Shown in pieces: positions 40,000-51,600 of a stretch of DNA of 64,000 nucleotides. The translations under genes and the position numbers were made by a program. The DNA lies in assembly GCA_973851085.1 (NCBI GenBank), contig OZ316776.1, positions 6,324,001 to 6,388,000 of the forward strand, written 5' to 3'. The stretch comes from Ptychomitrium polyphyllum (Eukaryota). The notes under the pieces were generated by a model. That model made no database searches. It was not told the DNA's origin and saw nothing but the letters and a program-made list of their open reading frames with translations. Positions within the stretch are counted from its first letter, which is position 1, and every line of letters starts with the position of its first letter.

Positions 40000-42900
40000 C
40001 ACTGACCTGGTTTTTGAAGATATCTTTGATGAAATTTGCGTACCTTCTCGGATGCGTTTGTTACATTCGTTGAAGGTTCCCATGTTCGGTCATTGATGCC
40101 ATATCCTTGCCAATGTATAAGGTACTTTACACGTCCGTTCTTGATGCGTGAATCTAAGATCTCTTCCACTTCATATTCAATTTCATTATTGATTTCCAGC
40201 GGAGGAGGCGGAGGAACAATTCTCTCTAGTATACATGATATTGTTATAGGTTTCCAACAACGATACGTGGAATACTGGATGAATTTTCATGCTTGGTGGT
40301 AGCTTTAGGCGATAACTAACCGGATTTATTTGTTTGCTGATTTCAAACGGTCCAAGCCTTTGATAGTCCAATTTCTTTGATGGTCTTTTTGTCTGTATAT
40401 TTTGTCGTAGGAGCCATACGTTATCTCCAACCTTGAACTTTGGATGGTCCTTCCGATGGCGATCTGCATAAGTTTTGTAACGATCTTGAGCTTGTTGTAA
40501 CTGGAAGGTAATTTCTTGATGGATTTTAGCAAGTTGAATTGCAAAATCCTCTGCTGCGGGACTTCCAACATGCTTCACTTGAAATGGATCTGTTCGAGGA
40601 TGATGCCCATAGTTTGCAAGGAATGTACTTTGAGTTGTTGAAGAGTGCACCGTATTGTTGTAAGCAAATTCTGCCAAAGGCAAGAGGTCCATCCAGTTGT
40701 CTTGCTGGTAGTTTATGCTACAACGAAGGTACTGCTCCAAAATTTGATTCACACGTTCGGTTTGGCCATTAGTTTGTGGATGGTGTGATGAAGAAAGATT
40801 AATCTTTACATGCAACAGTTGGAATAGAGCCCTCCAAAAGTTGGAAATGAACTGCGGCCCTCAATCAGATACAATATCATCTAGTAGTCCATGTATGCGG
40901 TAGACGTGATTTAGGAACAACTTGGCAGTTTCTTCTCCCGTTACCGTCTTATTGCATGGAATGAAATGCGCCATTTTTGTAAATCGATCCACCACTACCA
41001 AAATAAAATCCTTAGAATTGGAATTTGAAAGGTCCGTAATAAAATCCATTGATAAAGACAACCATGGGCCCCTTGGCACTTGAAGCGGATGGAGGAGACC
41101 ATGAGGTTGGTGCCTTGGTACCTTGACCTTGCACAAGTGTTGCATGATCGAACAAAGTCCTTTACGAACTTCCACATTTGTGGCCACCAATAGTCTCTAG
41201 CAATCAATTCCATTGTTTTATTGAATCCAAAATGTCCTGCTGCTGGAAAATCGTGACGTGCTTGAAGGATCTTCAACCGCAAAGGGCCTGGAGGTAGGTA
41301 CAAAAGTCCTTTATAATAAAGTAGGCCCTCTTGGAATTCAAAATCCTCATTGCTATTTGAAGGATTTCCATTGTCTTTGAGGCGCTTCTTTATATTTGAA
41401 ACAAAGACGTCATTCTTTAAAGCCTTCCGAATTTCGTCAAAATGGGATGTTGTCATAATAATGGCTGCTTTCAATTGAAGATTCTTAGGCTTCAATAAAA
41501 TAGTCCTTTGTTGATTCAAAACATCATCTCCAAGTTGAGGAGCTAAATAAGATCTTTGAGATAAGGCATCTGGCTTACCTTGCAAGCTACCAGATCAATA
41601 GGTAATGACAAAGTCAAATCTGGAAAGCGACATACTCCACCTTGCTTGACAGCGATTCAAAACGCGCGCACTCATGAAATACTCCAAGTTTTTGTGGTCT
41701 ATGTATATCGTGATGGTATGTTGAGCTCCTTCCAATAAGTGTCGCCATTCTTCAAACGCATCCACAACTGCAAGTAATTCTTTATCATGTATATCATAGT
41801 TGATCTCTGCCGCTGAGAATTTCCTTGAACGAAAGGCAAGAGGGTGAAGTCTCCCGTCTTCATCATATTGTGAGAGTACTGAGCCAATTGCAAAATTAGA
41901 GGCATCCGCTTCCAAATAAAAAGGCTTTGATGGATTTGAATGAATTAGAATTGGAGCCGACGTGAATGACTTCTTAAGACTTTGAAATGCTTTTTCCGCC
42001 TCTTTATCCCAAATGAATTTTTGCTTCCCCGTAAGACGTGTTAATAGTGCCGCAATCTTGGAATAATTCTTGATGAATATTCTATAGAAGTTTGCAAATC
42101 CCAAGAAGCATTGAACATCTTGAATTGATCTTGGCGTACTCCACTCCGTGACAGTGCTTATTTTTTTCTTATCCATATGGATTCCTCCTTTGGAAATGAT
42201 GTAGCCTAAAAATTCAACCGATGATTCATGGAAAAGGCACTTCTCCAATTTGGCATATAATCCTTGCTGGTGTAGTTTTTCTAAGACCATTTGCACATAA
42301 CATTCGTGGTCTTGTTCATCCTTTGAATATATCAAAATATCATCTAAGTAGATGACTACAAAGTCATCCAGATATTCATGGAAGATATCATTCATCATAT
42401 GTTGAAAGACTGCGGGGGCATTAGTAAGGCCAAAAGGCATGACATTGTATTCAAAATGACCATACCTAGATCGAAAAGCTGTCTTCCATTCGTCTCCTTC
42501 TTTGATGCGTATAAGATTGTAGGCTCCTCTAAGATCAATTTTGGTGAATATCTTTGCTTGGCCAAGTTGTTGTAGGAGTCCTGAGATTAATGGTAATGGA
42601 TAGCGATTCTTTTTTGTTACTTTGTTGAGGCCTTGATAGTCCACGCACATACGTAATGATCCATCTTTCTTCTTTACAAATAGAATGGGTGCTCCAGCAG
42701 GTGATTTAGAATGTTGAATGAAACCCTTTCCAAGATTTTCATCAATATATTCTCTCAAGGCAGCCAACTCAGTTTGTGATAAGTTATAAATAGGTCCAAA
42801 AGGTGGTTGGGCTCCTTCTTGCAACTCAATGGTACAATCGTATGGCCGGTGCTTTGGTAACATGTCCGCATTCTTCTTCTCAAAAACATCTTTATAATCT

Positions 42901-43511
42901 TGATATTGACGAGGTATATTTTGATTAATCTCTATTATAGAGCTAGACATTAGCGTGGCATAAATGGCATAGATTGGTTCATCCTTCGCCGCTCTCATAA
43001 ATGCCTTAGCTCCAATAAACGATGGTCCAAGATTTCTCGTACCTTGGCGTCTTTTCTTTGAGACCACACTCCGTAAGCGCCAGTCAATGTCTGGATTATG
43101 TAATTCAAACCAAGGAAGGTCCAAAACAATAGGATTCGTTCGGCATTGAATGATGTTGAAGACAATCTTAGATGCCTGGTCTCCTAAAATAACCTCCAAG
43201 GCTTGAGTTTCTTCAATAACGTTGCCAGACGCAAGAGATCGTCCATCAATAACTTAAACAGGTGCGGGATATTTTTTCTTCACAAGCACCATGTAATGTT
43301 TGGTTGCAAAATCCTTATCCATAAAATATGCCGTTGCACCAGTGTCTAAAAGAGCCTCGCTAATTATTTCATCATCTAACAATTTAATTTTGATAGGAAA
43401 TGTAAAACAAGAGGTAGGGCTTGAAGGTAGTAAGAGACCTTGATTTGATGGTGGTTTCCTTGTGGTGTCCAATCGCATGGTTCCTACTGTGACTGGACAG
43501 CCTCGTTTTCC
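39999..43511 (-). pseudogene. pol: A2 pol (PR, RT, RH, IN, chromodomain)
   Basis: [47 protein letters not shown]; chromodomain. A few stops and frameshifts. Confidence 0.92.
43466..43511 (-). promoter_or_regulatory. Putative -1 programmed ribosomal frameshift signal (G GAA AAC + hairpin) at the gag/pol junction
   Basis: pol is in the -1 frame relative to gag; heptamer at 43511-43505; stem 43499-43488 / 43477-43466. Confidence 0.65.
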
Positions 43512-44503
43512 AACTCCACCATTGTGCTTTGAGCCTTAAAAGCAGATCCTTTGATTTGGCAGTCACGCACTTTATGTCCAGACTTGCCACAATACAAGCA
43601 GAGGTTTTCTCTTTGACGCCTTTCTTTTTCTTCTGGAATCAAGCGTCTGAACTGGGCAGCATCAATTTGCATAGGTTCTGGTCCTTGCGGTCGACTTTCG
43701 GATACTCTTAAAGAAGTGGTACCCATGCTTTAATGTACTGGTCGCCATCCCAAGCGTTGTTCTTGGCGCCTCTCAAATAGTCTGTTGTCACATGCTATTG
43801 CCTGAGTGATGAATTCGTCCAATGTTTCAACTCTTGGCATTGTGAGTAGCAAATCCTTGACATTCTCTCTTAAGCCCCATCGAAATCTTGTGACCAAGGC
43901 TTTATCATTCCAATCAAGGTCGCAAGCTAATTGTCGAAACTCTGCAGCCTATGTAGCAGCTGAGCGCTGCCCTTGTTGGAGACTCTGGATCCTTGTCTCA
44001 GCCACCCTCTCTCGGTCGGTGTCTCCAAAAGTAGATGTCAATGCTTCTATAAAAGCATCTAAGTTGTTCAATAATGATGACTGCTTCTCCAGTAGTGGTG
44101 CAAACCATGATAGTGCATTGTTTGATAAAAGAGTGGCCACAAATCCTACTTGAGTAGTGCCATCAGGATAGCGAGATTGATGCAAACTAAGGAAGAGTCT
44201 TACTTGTTGAACAAAGCCTCTCAATTTCAATCTTGATCCATCAAACTTGTTTGGCATGCTAATCTTTGGCTCTGAGTAGGTTCGACGGAAACCTTCTCTT
44301 CCAATATTGGCCTCTCGCAATCGAACAACCTCTTAATATAGGCTTTGAATGTCACCATTGGATTCTTCAGCTTGCCGAGTGTGTTGTTCCAAATTGTTGG
44401 TGGTATTAAAACGGGCGAGTTTCGTTCGAACTGTGTTTAATAATTCTTGAAGGTCTGCAATAGTTGCAAACCTATTCTCTGATGTTTCAGGCACATTATC
44501 CAT
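43484..44503 (-). pseudogene. gag: A2 gag (339 codons, internal stops)
   Basis: MDNVPETSEN...PNKFDGSR..RGFVQQV...PEPMQID...CLYCGKSGHKVRDC...VQSQ*. Confidence 0.88.
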
Positions 44504-44724
44504 TTCTTAAGACTCTCAAAGACAGAAAGAGTATGAGTATCTTCAAAGGAGGAAATCCACGTACTTTGAAAGAAGTAATACTTGATTCTAGAAGGAAAAA
44601 CCAACTCTATGGTGCCAGCTTAGAAGAGGATAATCCGCAACCTCTAAAACGCTATGGAATCCTAAAGAAGATGGGTAATCCACAATCTTCTTCAAAGAAC
44701 CTTAGCTCTGACAAAGATGAAAAG

Positions 44725-44913
44725 TAGTCTTGCCAAACTGTTAGAGACACAAGAAACAAGAAGCAGAAACGAAGTGTTTCCCAAGAATTAGCTTCCAAAG
44801 AGCTAATGATTAACAAGAAGTTGATACAAAGACTAGAACAAGGTAGGATTCAAGATGATCCACAACTTGTGTTGGCAAGACTAAGGAATACCTTGTCTTG
44901 CCTCCTATTTATA
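44725..44913 (-). promoter_or_regulatory. LTR promoter (TATAAATA 44913-44906), predicted TSS about 44883, and self-complementary PBS (44725-44736)
   Basis: 12-bp perfect inverted repeat tagtcttgccaa (44725-44736) / ttggcaagacta (44872-44883). Confidence 0.75.
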
Positions 44914-45419
44914 CTAGGACGTTTGTATTTCCTATGATACTTCTAAAGAAGCTTCTTACAAGGCTTAAGAATGTTCTGGAAGTCTAAGGAACCTTCCCAA
45001 GAAGTTTCCTAAGATGTTGGAACCTTCCTAAGTAGCTTCCAAGGAATTGGAACCTTCTTTGGAAGCTTCCAAGGAGTTGGAACCTTCCTTGGAAGTTTCC
45101 TAAGGTAGCGGAACCTTCTTAGGAAGTTTCTTGAAGAGGTAGAACCTTCCTAGGAAGTTTCCTAAGGTGATGGAAGCTTCCTAGGAAGTTTCCTAGGAAG
45201 TAACCTAAGATGGTAGAACCTTCCTAGGAAGTTTCCTAAGGTGGAGGAACTTTCTTGGGAAGCTTCCTAAAAATTTAAAAAAGGCTATGGAGACATCTAA
45301 AAGTATTCTAAGAAACTATTCTAGTATACTAGAAGGTTCTAGAATGTTCTAAGGACTATGTTCCATGATTTATGTCCGTGACACTTTGTTTCTACTTCTT
45401 GTTTCTTATGTCCCTAACA

Positions 45420-45775
45420 ATAGTAGTTTTTTAAAATACTTTCAATGCTTTCATATCCATTCCACTTCCTTGGAAAATTTCTTAAGAAGGCTCCATGTTC
45501 TTGAAAAACTTTTTAAGAGGATTCTAAAGACTTCTTATACATTCTTAAATTTCATGGAAAACTTCTTTAGATGTATTTAAGGAAATACAGGAGTCATAGT
45601 ATAAATAGGAAGTTAGACAAGGTATACCTTAGTTTTACCAATACAAGTTTTGGGTCATATTATATGGTGTCGTTATTCTAGTCTTTGTATCAAGTTTTTG
45701 TTAATCATTAGTTCTTTGAAAGCTATCTCTTGGGAACGACATTGTATTTGCTTCTTGTTTATTGTATCCCTTACA
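45420..45775 (+). mobile_element. A'-subfamily LTR fragment
   Basis: Reverse-complement homology to 33627-34566 (e.g. tatatggtgtcgttatt). Confidence 0.65.
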
Positions 45776-47569
45776 ATGTATATTTGTGATAAAATTTAAT
45801 ATACATGTTTTAGTTCATTGTACTTGATTGAAATACATTTTGGATATAAAACTTAAAACGTGTATTCTTAATAAAATATGATCTTATAACACAAAGTTTA
45901 ACAACCACATTTTTGTTGAAATAGAAGTTGTAGAACATTGAAGTGAAAAGGGCTTAATAGGCCAAATTAGGGATATTTAATTAGGATAGAGACTTGAATT
46001 TGGAAGAAAGAATATGAGCAAGATATGAAAGTCTTATTTTACCACAAAAAATAAATTTTTGCTTATCAAATTAACACATGCACATCTTGACAATAACATG
46101 TTTAAGCAATTACAATGAAAAGATATCTCAAAATCATTCATAGAAATTGAATTAGCAAAAAATGCTAAATCATACAGAACTTGAACAGTTAATATTTCTT
46201 CCAAACCTTAATTAGCACTAACAAAATCAACTAATATAACCTAATATCAAATGACTGAAAAACTTCTTAAATTTAAATTACACTACATTTATTTGATGTA
46301 ATTTGGCACCTAATGCCTTGTCAATTAACAATGTATTATATATTAGAAGATGGTTGTAATAAAGGACAATCAAATTTGAGTTAATTTTAATAGCTTGAGT
46401 TAATAATTAGATGCAATTGATGTTCTATTTTATTAAATATTAGAATGCTCAAGGTTATTTTTACAATATGATTTTATGATTGTAATGCAATCAACTTGCA
46501 TATTTCTAAAGACATTAGTAATTATTCTTTATATTTTAAATTAATAAGATTGATTTTTTTTATACTCATGATATGAAACATTGTTATGGAAACATAATAA
46601 TTCATTGTTTTATTCTTTTTTTTTTTGTCAAGCTAATTGTCTACCATTTTTTAAGATTTGATATCATTGAAACTTGCTACATGTAATAAATTGATTTTAT
46701 CTTTCAAAAAAATTGTATCAAATTTTGTATCTATTGCATATTTATCTACTAAAATATATAAGTGTTTCATTAAATACTTATAATCTTGAAGAAACCTAGA
46801 TAAAAGTGGATTACAAAAGCATGCATGATTTAAGAAAAGAGAAATGAAAACATCCTATTATTGCTTATATTATAAGTTTCTTGCTCTTTTCTTAAAGGAT
46901 GGTGAGCATGAGTTTTTAGTGTTTTTGTTTTGTGAACCCTGTAATCTATACAAATCACATGATTGTTATACTATTACACAAACCATATCCTTTCTCAGTT
47001 TTGACATTAATTAACACGTGCAATTAACTTTGTTCACTCTTTAGAATATATTTCCAAGTTGTTGGTTTAGTTTGTTCTGTTTAGTATACATTTTGATATG
47101 TTCCAGTTATGATTGAGCCCACCATCAAGCTGCAATGAGCATATAGGAAACCATGCAATGGTCGTGCCATAGCCATGTAATGGCCAGTAGAAGAGAGATT
47201 TGTGGAAGAGAGATTAGAGTTGTCCAAGATTTTAGCAATATGTATATAAAGATACATATTGAAATAATCTGCAAAGGCAAAATGGACTTACATTTTTGGC
47301 ACATTTGAAAATCATTTCTTGGTGTACATTTCAAGTTCCACCTCAACTGTACATCTTGGACATTTTCAGTTTTGAAATATTTGGAAATCTATGAGAAAAT
47401 AAGAAAAAGCATGTTTTTGGAAATGAAGAAATCCGGAGGGGCGGACACGGGAATATCACTATAGCACTGTTGAATGAAAGCTTCAAATATCTGAGTTTTA
47501 ATACCTGAGTTTCCTAGGTTCAAAAGGATAAAAACATAGAGTTTCCAGTGTCACATTTTAGCTGTGTCA

Positions 47570-48612
47570 GAGCAGGGATTTCAGTAAGATGGCCCTTTTT
47601 CTTAATGTTCATGTTTCTGTGCATGTGGGTGACGATTCATGTTTGCCCTTTGTGTGCTCACAGAATTCAAACCCTCCAACATAACGTCCATCCAAGAGAT
47701 AATTTCAAAAGAATGGCCAAAGTTTGTGGCGCAAGCTACGGATGCATGCTACCTTCCTTTACTTCGTCTCCAGGATACTAACATGTCAAGGTTGAATTCA
47801 GCTCCTGATTCCTATTTGAAGAGCTGCCAGCATAGCAGCATCTCTTGCAGGTTCCACTTCGTTAAAATTTCGCTGTCGAATTAAGTGCAGCGACCTTCTG
47901 TGAATCAAACTCGTAGTCACTATGCAGTTTGTATAAACTTCATGGCTGGTCACTCATGCTATTGCTACCTGGAAATGAAAAGATCGATTTGTCGGTGCTC
48001 GACTATCATTTGACACTTCATTTGAAATTCATGTAGTTAAACTTAAATATTTCACTACTTGGTAATTCAAATTGTGCTCTATTCACTGGCTTCCTCTGAT
48101 GTTTTTGCTTACAGTGTGTGTACTAGTAAGAAAATGCAATTAACGTACATATCGACAAGGGTGCCGTCGATTCAGCTCCTTGAATCCAACTCAAAGAATC
48201 AAAGTGCTCTGTTCTGGTAGAGCTGAAAAAACTTTGATACATTGAACTTAGATGTTGAGGATCCAATGACTAATCTCAAGCAAGGAAGGTTTATTGTTAA
48301 TTTATTACAAGTAGGAAGAAAGACCTCAGAGTTCAGACAGCCAGTATCTCGAATCAAGCCGTTCAGGAGCACAAGGTTTTTCAACCCTTGGAAGTAGGAG
48401 CAGTTCTATAATTTCACAGTACCCTAGATGCCCACAAACGTACAGTCCTGACGTCCTGTAGTCATGTTTTCTGTATAATTCAAATGGCCGGAATCTCGTC
48501 AAATCTTGATTCAATCAGGTCAGAACGCGGGACGTTAAGCATTTGGTAAGTAATGCTAGCTGCTACAGTGTTTGATTCCTCATTCGGGGTGCCTTCCTCT
48601 CTGCTTGACTTC
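47570..48612 (+). pseudogene. Unknown gene copy 2, 3' part (paralogous to about 6470-7530)
   Basis: Shared 'ctcacagaattcaaacc' and 'ccacaaacgtacagtcctgac...aattcaaatggccggaatct'; premature TAG at 48459-48461. Confidence 0.55.
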
Positions 48613-51600
48613 ATGCGATTTCTCAGGTGGCTTTTGAATTCTCATTTCACAACAACCAAGACCTCTGGTTTTAATCTCTTCAAGACCTCCTGGTTACCCT
48701 CACCATGACCACATACTGTAATCATTGTATTTAACTTATTAAAAAAATGTGTTTCGATAATAAAGCCCATTACATTTTATGATGATCTCATGACTAGAGT
48801 GGTCAGCTTTCTTCGTACTCTGTTCCTAAAGGGCCAAAATCCATGCCGGTAGTTGGATACAATGAGATCCTTATAATACTCACGTCCTAACAATAAATTG
48901 TTTAAAGACGAAATAACCATAGTCTTAGTTTCCTCGTCACCCAGTGTCATTTAGAAAGCATCCGAGAACCGTTACCAGGACGCCTATATGTATTTTCGGA
49001 AGGAAGACCTCCTTTGAAGGAGTCCTTTCACGCTGTTGCAATATTGTTAGTGTTGCCCGGCTAATCCAAGGGGAATGCCAAGTCCATTCTCCGCATGTCA
49101 ACTGGCTATCATTGCTATGGTGTTGACAATATTTTTAGCCCCTCCGAACTGGGATAAGCCTAAGAACTCACTAATTACAAGAAGATGACTGGATTGAGAA
49201 AATGACAAGTATGCAAAATACTTGACAATCTCGGCACCCTAGCTGATTACGAGGATCACCCGCAACGTTATGCTGCTGCTAAGCCTAATTCGTTAGAGAT
49301 GCATATCATGATCCTACTCCCGGCCCCAAATAAGCACTTTCGGGTGGATTAGCCACCCGATCATTGCATCGGCTTTTTAAAGTAGATTCAACCACCCTGT
49401 CATTGAATGATCGGGCTACTGTTACCCACGAAAAATTCCAGTTCGGCCCACATTTCAATTACCCCAGCGGATTACAGTACCAGACTTTATTAACCTTTTC
49501 CACTAAACCAGTCTTAGGATCTGTTTAGAATAGATTAAGCACCAACTCAGATACTGTAACACTTAATCAGCCTGACTCACCGTCTCTTCAGTGGAACCCA
49601 AGAATCTGCCAAGAGCCTGACAAGCCATAGATTAGGGGTTAAGACAGGAGGGGTTTAACTTTCGGAGACAGCAACAGACCTTGAGAGACGTCGTTCTTCA
49701 GAAACCAGGAAGTGGTCTGACATTGACAAGTTTGGGAATAATGGGGAAAAACTGAGAGTATAATGGGAGCATAATGGGGGCATAATGGGTGGAGCTATTG
49801 AAGAGAGTACTTGACGTGATTCATGTTCGAGCTCGTGAATGCGGGAAGACGGCAGGTGGTGCATGATAGGAGTTGGCTCGGAGGAAGAGAGAGAGGAAGA
49901 CTGAGCATGTCCCACCATCAACATTGGCTGCCTGCTTTTGCAGCGACCGCTTTCTTGCACATTACCTGCTTTACAACCTGGAAATTACACCAAGCGTGCA
50001 GTGCATGGACCAAGTAACGGCGTAAAGCATGACTCATTACTATGCTATGCTTGGCTTGGTGGGGCCTCATGCTCTGTTCCAAACAGCCTACTGTTGAGTG
50101 GCGAACACCCAACAAAGTGGTCACTACCAATAGCACTAGTAGGAGTACTGCAGCTAGTCTCAGTTGACCGTTGAATCCTAAAGCCTCACTTAGGTCTCAG
50201 CAGGCCTCACCTTGTGTGATCTAATATAATAGTCCCTAGTGTGCACTCTGGGTTCAAATTTTGAGGTACCCCTCTAGTTAATTTATCATTTTTGATAATT
50301 GAATGCTTCCAGTCAAGGAGCAACTTGAGTTCTGTCGCTGCAAGCTGCATCCAATAACTGCCAAAATGAAGGCTTGTACCGCTTGATCAGGTTAGTTGAA
50401 ACGTAGAGGAAATCAATCAATTGAATTTGATTCACAGACACACTGTTGATTGAAATTTGATATCTGTAAATGGGCGCATGATTTGCCTTCCCGGGTCGTT
50501 CTCGGTGTGCTGAGTGCTATAGACAGGATTTAGGAATCTGGGTACCTCAATCAAACAATCAATCAGCGTAGACAAGATCAGATCCACGTCGGAGAGAAGG
50601 ATCAAACTAAGCTCTTCGTTGAAGTGGTGAACCAGCGGTGTCAATTCGGTCACTGCAGGCTGGCTTTAATAGTCGTTTTATGAACTTGCTTAAGGGACTT
50701 TCTGACACATGGTGCTTCGGCAGCTTGACTTTCTGGTCCTGACGAGCAATAAACTATCCAGGAAAAAAGAAATCCCAATTAATCTTGGTAGCAGCAGAGG
50801 CAGCACTGTTGGCCACCGAGAGTACGGCATGCGCTACTAGCTAGGCTAGGGTGGGACCGCTTAAAAAGACAGGCTACTCCAATAAGGTATGACTTCCAAG
50901 AGCTTGTGGGAAGTTCGTGACGTTATCCGTTCTAGCAGCGCACGATATACAATAAAGGCAGTAATTACAGCGAGCTACTCCCAAGTGGGGATTCCAAGGG
51001 GGAGGTCCAGCAGCCCGGAGACACGGAGTTAGGATCTGGTGGATCATTCAGAATTATGCCTTAATGAATAAATAGTAGTTCCCAGCAACTAAACTTGGCT
51101 CTCAGGCCTGGCACCTGGGTAATCTTGCCTCGTGAAATTCATTAAAACTCAGTCATTTTCTCGTCACTTTCTATTACTGGTTGAGTGATGGCTGAAACCA
51201 ACCTGAAAGTGAACCTGACGAACGAAAGGGAAGTCAAGGATATAGTCCAAGTTTGGCGAAAGGAATGGTGGGGAGGCCTCTACTGCCCTGCTGAAGATTG
51301 CAACAAGGTGTACACACTAAGTACTGTCGTCTGAGCCCAGCAGCTTGCCCCCACATAGTTGGAACGAATCGTAGAAAAGAATTGGTGATGGGAATATCAT
51401 CACTTGGGTTGCTCTTTAGTCTTATAGCTTATAGTATCAGTAGATGAAAGAACTAATATTCACTAATATCTCACTAATATTCAAAATCGAAAGAACTATT
51501 GAAAGAAAGTCAATTGAACTCAGTTGAAAGAATTCATGGCTTGACCGTATCTTGCACAATTCAAACTAAGGCAGAAAGGCGCTTCCGAGAAGGAATCTGG

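Larger units (their letters stand above)
38774..45383 (-). mobile_element. Ty3/gypsy chromovirus family A (Tcn1-like), full-length degenerate element A2
   Basis: LTRs 38774-39344 and 44739-45383 (TG...CA), perfect TSD CTTTG, PPT AAAAGGGGAGGAAA at 39345-39358, non-tRNA PBS at 44725-44736. Confidence 0.95.
38410..45419 (+). mobile_element. Family A LTR that served as target for A2 (pieces about 38410-38773 and 45384-45419)
   Basis: The two pieces join across the CTTTG TSD into the end of an A LTR (...tccctaaca). Left boundary approximate. Confidence 0.75.

Noticed and set aside
49340..49360. Perfect 8-bp hairpin tcgggtgg-attag-ccacccga
   Set aside because: Isolated, with no Helitron CTRR terminus or miRNA-length stem.
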